Below are positions 9,680-13,564 of a DNA stretch of 13,564 bases, piece by piece. Within the stretch, counting starts at the first letter, position 1. Each line of letters begins with the position of its first letter. The notes under the pieces are model-generated. The model saw only the letters and a program-made list of their open reading frames with translations, was not told the origin of the DNA and did not search any database. The DNA lies in the NCBI GenBank assembly GCA_041742355.1, contig JBGSIV010000080.1, positions 1 through 13,564 on the forward strand, read 5' to 3'. The stretch comes from Candidatus Zixiibacteriota bacterium (GTDB taxonomy: Bacteria; Zixibacteria; MSB-5A5; GN15; FEB-12). A program made the position numbers and the translations under genes.

Positions 9680-9710
9680 AAAAAAAGAGACCGACATATG
9701 TCGGTCTCTT
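9680..9710 (-). terminator. Intrinsic terminator of the RRM gene, possibly bidirectional with malQ
   Basis: Perfect 26-bp palindrome AAGAGACCGACATATGTCGGTCTCTT at 9685-9710. The A7 run at 9680-9686 gives a U7 tail on the - strand. It lies between convergent malQ and RRM stops. Confidence 0.88.
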
Positions 9711-9754
9711 GAATCTTCGGTCGCCGAACTGACGTTCAGTTTAACCGCGAGATT

Positions 9755-10051
9755 TTACCAGCTCCGGTTGCTGTGATTGCCCCGGCCGCCACCGCCGCCG
9801 GTTCCGCCTTCACGCGGACGAGCTTCGTTCACATTCACCGTGCGCCCGCCGATATCCGTGCTGTTCAGCCCGGCGATCGCGGCTCTGGCTTCTTCATCCT
9901 TGGACATTTCCACGAACCCGAAGCCTTTGGGGCGGCCGGTGTCACGGTCGGAAATGAGGTTGACGCTGGTAACCTCGCCAAAACGCTTAAACGCCTGGCG
10001 GACCTGATCTTCAGTCGTTTCGTACGACATGTTGCCGATGTAGATCTTCAT
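9755..10051 (-). CDS. Single-RRM RNA-binding protein with Gly-rich C-terminal tail (bacterial Rbp type)
   Basis: RNP2 IYIGNM, RNP1 KGFGFVEM, DRDTGRP, GRTVNVNEARPRE and tail GGTGGGGGRG. SD AAGGAG at 10063-10058 on the - strand. Confidence 0.96.
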   Translation of the reverse strand: MKIYIGNMSYETTEDQVRQAFKRFGEVTSVNLISDRDTGRPKGFGFVEMSKDEEARAAIAGLNSTDIGGRTVNVNEARPREGGTGGGGGRGNHSNRSW

Positions 10052-10250
10052 TCTACACTCCTTTTGTTCTGCCTAACTCGCTCTCCCAACCAACAATCCA
10101 TGGCTTGCGCCGGACCCGAATGGGACTCCGATCGTCAGGACATTTTGGTTCATGCGCTCAAGTGCGCGTCGATCCCGAGATTCAGCTCATTAGGAGATTT
10201 GCTAGAGACGAACAAAGTCTTCATCAAGCGGAAACGGAAACGATTTGATA
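10052..10250 (-). promoter_or_regulatory. Long (~200 nt) structured 5' leader of the RRM gene, candidate cis-regulatory RNA
   Basis: Bounded by the predicted promoter and the ATG. Collinear long-range pairings: 10216-10210 with 10069-10063, 10205-10201 with 10077-10073, and 10197-10189 with 10090-10082. Internal hairpins include a GCAA tetraloop. Confidence 0.6.
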
Positions 10251-10256
10251 CCACTC

Positions 10257-10285
10257 AGTATATCGGTTACCTGTGCCGATGTCAA
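10257..10285 (-). promoter_or_regulatory. Sigma70-type promoter for the RRM gene
   Basis: On the - strand: TTGACA (10285-10280), 17-nt spacer, TATACT (10262-10257). This is 11 of 12 consensus bases with optimal spacing. Predicted start near 10250. Confidence 0.85.
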
Positions 10286-10515
10286 CACCTATTATCGTTC
10301 CGATCCACTATTTGCCGCTTTTTATGGTCATTATGTAGCCATAATTCAACGTTTACCGCCGCAGCCGCTTAGGAGCTTTCGGGCCGGGCGGCGGCATCTA
10401 AGCGCGTGCTATGACCGGTGTTGGGCGCGTGATGTCATGGTGAGCGGAGTCGATTCCGGAGAGACAGTAAACGTCGGATTGTCGAATCGCGCGGCTCCTG
10501 CGAATGGACGGCCGG

Positions 10516-10544
10516 CGGATCTGTGGATAATAGGCACGGATCCG
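10516..10544. other. Hairpin immediately downstream of the TPR-CHAT stop codon
   Basis: CGGATCTGTG (10516-10525) pairs with CACGGATCCG (10535-10544), 9 of 10 complementary. No U-tract on either strand. Confidence 0.4.
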
Positions 10545-10545
10545 G

Positions 10546-13314
10546 CTACATCCCCAGCAGCACAAAGGCCCCCCAGAAGGCCGGATTGCCCACTGCTTCC
10601 GCCGTGGCCGCCATCGCCGCGCGATAGGCCTGCGGCACATCGTTCGATTCCTTCAGGTGCTCATAAAACTGCCGCATGAACGCTTCGCTTACTCGATCCG
10701 ATACCGGCCACAACGACGCCAGCACGAACCGGCTCCCCGCCTGGTAGAACGCTCTCGCCAGGCTGAACGAGTGCCCGTAGTACAAACCGCTCGCCGCCGT
10801 CTGGCATCCCGACAGCGCCACCAGCTCCGCCCTGATGCCGGTGGCGAACAGGTCAAACGGGAAGAAAGGTCCGTCGGAAAGCATGATCCTGGAGAACAGC
10901 GGATTTTCCGACGACCGTGAGGCATGGGTCGCGAGGTGAATGAAGCCGTCCGACCGTTTCAGTTCCGCCTTGAACCTCTCCGCTGTCGCGTCGCTGTCGA
11001 TATGGAGCGCCGCGCGGTCGAATATGCGGCAGATTCCGCGCGCTTCCTGTTCCACCGCCGGCAGGCGTTCCGAGAGAACCGCGAAGACGCTGTTCTGCCT
11101 CTCCGCGAAGGTCACGGCCGGTCGCGGGCTCGCGGCCATGTCGGCGGGGTTTACGATGACGCGGAGGTCGTGCTGTCGCCAGAGCGCCTCCCCGTCGGAG
11201 TTTTGCAGAATCGCATAGGGAACCTGGGCGAAGATTCCGTCGGTCAGCAGGAGCACCCGCTCCCGCTCGTCCGTGCGAAGCACCGGGGCCGCGAGCACCT
11301 CGTGCAGGCCCGTCAGGTAGTATGCGGTCGCGTCGGCCGCCCGGTCATCGCGCTGTCCCGTCATGACCGCCTTCTCAAGTACGTAGTACAGCTCCCAGAC
11401 CCGACGGCGCAGTTCCTCGCGATCGATTCCCAGCGGGACATACGTCAGCCGTTCCCGGGTCGCGCAGAACGCCCCCACTGCGCCCCGCTCCGGCGCCACG
11501 AAGCTGACCAGCAGTTCATTGACTTCAAGGAGGTGCCGCGCTCCCTCAAGAGGTGCGGAGGCTGCCTTCTTCCGCTCCGGATAGAGGTGAGCCCGAATCC
11601 GCTGTTCGGTTGACCAGAGCCGTTGCTCGGTCGAACTCAATCGTTCCACGCTCTCGGAGCTGCGGCTGCCGCTGTCGCCGGGGAACCGTTCCATCCGCCG
11701 CAATGCCGCCCGTAATCGTTCCCGCTCGGCCAGGAGCGCGGGTGGCATGCGCTGCTCGATGTTCTCGCTTTCGACCTGGCGGCGGTTCAGGGTCTCCAGG
11801 GCACGGAGGTTGGTCAGGAACGACTCATCCGGGCGCCCCAGTTCCAGCAGGCACTGCACCATGCCCGTGTACGCCGCCAGCTTATCGGCCACGAAGAAGA
11901 ATCGGACTTCATCCGGGTACAGTCCCCCCAGCATCTTCTCGACCACGTCCACCGCCCGCCGGTACTCTGCGAGCGCCGGTTCGTATTCCCGCCGCTCGAG
12001 GTAAATCGTGCCGAGGACCGTGTGGACCGCATACGACTGGTAACTCACGAGGTTCCGCTTCAGAATTCGCCGGGCCTGGGCAGGGGCGGCCTGCTTCCCG
12101 CGCGACCGGGCCAGGACCTCGAGATGCACGATCTCCGCATCGGTGCACCGACGGTAATCGCCGCTGGCGGCAAACAGCCGCTTGGCTTCGGTTGCCGACC
12201 GCAGCGCCGCTCCCATTTTCCCGGTCTGCATCTGCAGGCGGCTCCGCGCCAGCAGCACCATTCCCGACCACAGCGCATTGCCTTCCTGACGAAACAGCCG
12301 TCCCGCTGTCCGGAGCGACTCCGCGGCCAGATCGGCGTCCCCCAGGTGCAGTCTCGCCAGCGACATGAAGTATTCCGCCCGGGCCTGCTCGTACCTGGCC
12401 CCCAGGCCATGGGCCTGTTCGCCGGCTTCCACCCCGAGGATAATGGCCGTTCCAAACTGGTTCAGGTGAATGTTGAGTTCGATTAGGTCGAGACACGCGA
12501 TCACGACAGTCGGCGGATCGCCCAGTCGTTCGAATTCGGCGCGTGATTCCTCGAGAAGCCGGAGCGCCTCGGTGTGCCGATCGGCGAGGAAGCGGAGGTA
12601 GGCGATGCCGTAGCGGGCCTTGGCGTGCAGCAGATCCATACCTTTTTCCGCCCATATCCGGCCCGCCTCTGCGTACAGCTCTTCCGCCGTCTTCAGGTCG
12701 TTCAGGTTGGCGTAGATGTTGGCCCGGCAGAACTCGGTGGTGGCCATGAACAGGCCGCCCATCGGCAGGAACACCTCCCGCGACTTGTCGTAGTACTTCA
12801 GCGCCAGCCGATTCCGGTCCATGTGGTGGTAGATATTCCCGATATTGGTGAGCACGCGCCCGGCCGACTCGTTCATCCCGTGGCGGCGGAAGTACGCCAG
12901 CGATCGTTTTCCCACCGCGATTGCGCGATCATACTGCCCGAGGACCTTGTACACATCCATGAGTCCCTGTCCCAGCCGGGCGGCGGCCTCGTGGTTGCGG
13001 CGCTTCCGATGCCCCCGATCGGCCTGCAGGTATTTCGCCAAAGCGGTCCGGTGATCCCCGCCGTAGTGAGCCACCCGCGCCTCCATGGCCAGCAGGTGAG
13101 GGCGATACTGCGGGGGCATCATGCGGAGCACCGGCGTCACTTTCCTCAGTGACTCGCGGGCGCGAACGATGCTGGCGCCGAGGAGCGTGTTGATGTGGCG
13201 GTTGACTGCCGAGACGACCTGCTGGTGATCGCCGTCGCATTCTCCAGCCACCAGATCGGCAAGGTCGGACGGGGTGCGTACTGCGAGTATGGCTGTAATG
13301 TCGGGTATGGCCAT
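10546..13314 (-). CDS. TPR-repeat protein with C-terminal CHAT (caspase/HetF-like) cysteine peptidase domain, 922 aa
   Basis: N-terminal TPR-like helices (e.g. AGRVLTNIGNIYHHMDRNRLALKYYDKSREVF). C-terminal CHAT motifs DGIFAQVPYAIL, LPAVEQEA, FIHLATHA, LVALSGCQT, LARAFYQAGSRFVLASLWPVSD and PAFWGAFVLLG. Start codon uncertain (no clear SD). Confidence 0.93.
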   Translation of the reverse strand: MAIPDITAILAVRTPSDLADLVAGECDGDHQQVVSAVNRHINTLLGASIVRARESLRKVTPVLRMMPPQYRPHLLAMEARVAHYGGDHRTALAKYLQADRGHRKRRNHEAAARLGQGLMDVYKVLGQYDRAIAVGKRSLAYFRRHGMNESAGRVLTNIGNIYHHMDRNRLALKYYDKSREVFLPMGGLFMATTEFCRANIYANLNDLKTAEELYAEAGRIWAEKGMDLLHAKARYGIAYLRFLADRHTEALRLLEESRAEFERLGDPPTVVIACLDLIELNIHLNQFGTAIILGVEAGEQAHGLGARYEQARAEYFMSLARLHLGDADLAAESLRTAGRLFRQEGNALWSGMVLLARSRLQMQTGKMGAALRSATEAKRLFAASGDYRRCTDAEIVHLEVLARSRGKQAAPAQARRILKRNLVSYQSYAVHTVLGTIYLERREYEPALAEYRRAVDVVEKMLGGLYPDEVRFFFVADKLAAYTGMVQCLLELGRPDESFLTNLRALETLNRRQVESENIEQRMPPALLAERERLRAALRRMERFPGDSGSRSSESVERLSSTEQRLWSTEQRIRAHLYPERKKAASAPLEGARHLLEVNELLVSFVAPERGAVGAFCATRERLTYVPLGIDREELRRRVWELYYVLEKAVMTGQRDDRAADATAYYLTGLHEVLAAPVLRTDERERVLLLTDGIFAQVPYAILQNSDGEALWRQHDLRVIVNPADMAASPRPAVTFAERQNSVFAVLSERLPAVEQEARGICRIFDRAALHIDSDATAERFKAELKRSDGFIHLATHASRSSENPLFSRIMLSDGPFFPFDLFATGIRAELVALSGCQTAASGLYYGHSFSLARAFYQAGSRFVLASLWPVSDRVSEAFMRQFYEHLKESNDVPQAYRAAMAATAEAVGNPAFWGAFVLLGM

Positions 13315-13412
13315 GTTTGTATGCTTCGTCAGTGTCTTGTCCCAGCTAAGATCAGCCCCGGACTACGGTTCATCAAGCCCTTTGTCCCGGGCTCGGGAGA
13401 ATACTCCCTTCA

Positions 13413-13564
13413 GGGCCTGTTGAAAAAGTCTATGACTAGTCATTGCGAGCGCAGCGAAGCAATCTCTCCGTTGGCCAAGACGCTGGTACGAAGAGAGATT
13501 GCTTCGTCGCTCCGCTCCTCGCAATGACTGCCAACAGCCGCGCTCGGGGCTTTTCAACAGGCCC
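13413..13564. mobile_element. Putative non-autonomous miniature inverted-repeat element (MITE-like), about 152 bp
   Basis: Perfect 14-bp terminal inverted repeats GGGCCTGTTGAAAA (13413-13426) and TTTTCAACAGGCCC (13551-13564). No transposase. The right end coincides with the window end, so a target-site duplication cannot be checked. Confidence 0.65.
13438..13529. repeat. REP/RPE-like palindromic repeat pair (GTCATTGCGAG...GAAGCAATC family)
   Basis: AGTCATTGCGAG (13438-13449) pairs with CTCGCAATGACT (13518-13529). CGAAGCAATCTCTC (13455-13468) pairs with GAGAGATTGCTTCG (13493-13506). Confidence 0.85.

Noticed and set aside
1195..9681. Long antisense ORFs (e.g. 2904-3860, 3867-5291, 5315-6865, 6872-8212, 7921-9156)
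   Set aside because: These are shadows of GC-rich sense genes with strong codon bias. They have no recognisable motifs and overlap well-supported enzymes.
1060..9706. Shared GTCGGTC in the two hairpins bracketing treZ-malQ (1060-1066 and 9700-9706)
   Set aside because: Only 7 bp in GC-rich DNA, and the stems are otherwise unrelated.
9773..10679. + strand ORFs 9773-10372 and 10245-10679, and - strand ORF 10398-10640
   Set aside because: They overlap the RRM gene, its promoter or the CHAT gene, have non-protein-like composition and lack a convincing RBS.
9755..13314. TPR-CHAT plus RRM as one RNA-linked protease system (Craspase-like)
   Set aside because: They are co-oriented but 494 bp apart. 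The RRM gene has its own strong promoter and is a common stand-alone type, and no CRISPR array or cas gene is in the window. Only conserved synteny would revive the idea.
13337..13388. TTGTCCC direct repeat (13337-13343, 13382-13388) upstream of the CHAT gene
   Set aside because: Too short to distinguish from chance, with no supporting promoter.
13195..13557. ORFs 13195-13527 (+) and 13363-13557 (-)
   Set aside because: They are translations of the palindromic repeat (CHCERSEAIS/EIASSLRSSQ-type peptides), a typical source of spurious ORFs. The LKGVFSRARDKGLDEP tail could be the end of an interrupted gene, but nothing supports that.

Overview
GC-rich bacterial window with three parts. (1) 1-9660, + strand: a glycogen/maltodextrin-to-trehalose gene cluster, comprising the 3' end of glgB, a small DUF2582-like winged-helix gene, then the tightly coupled treZ, GH57/DUF3536, treY and malQ. 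(2) 9680-10285, - strand: a self-contained unit for a single-RRM, glycine-tailed RNA-binding protein. It has a near-consensus sigma70 promoter (TTGACA-17-TATACT), a ~200-nt leader that can fold into a long multi-branch structure closing next to the Shine-Dalgarno site, and an intrinsic terminator. (3) 10546-13564: a 922-aa TPR-CHAT (caspase-like) protease on the - strand with a variant catalytic motif, preceded by a 152-bp nested palindromic MITE-like element that runs to the window edge. The metabolic cluster is ordinary. The best leads are the structured RRM leader, the orphan TPR-CHAT and the composite repeat. All family calls come from motif recognition by eye, with no database searches or folding computations.
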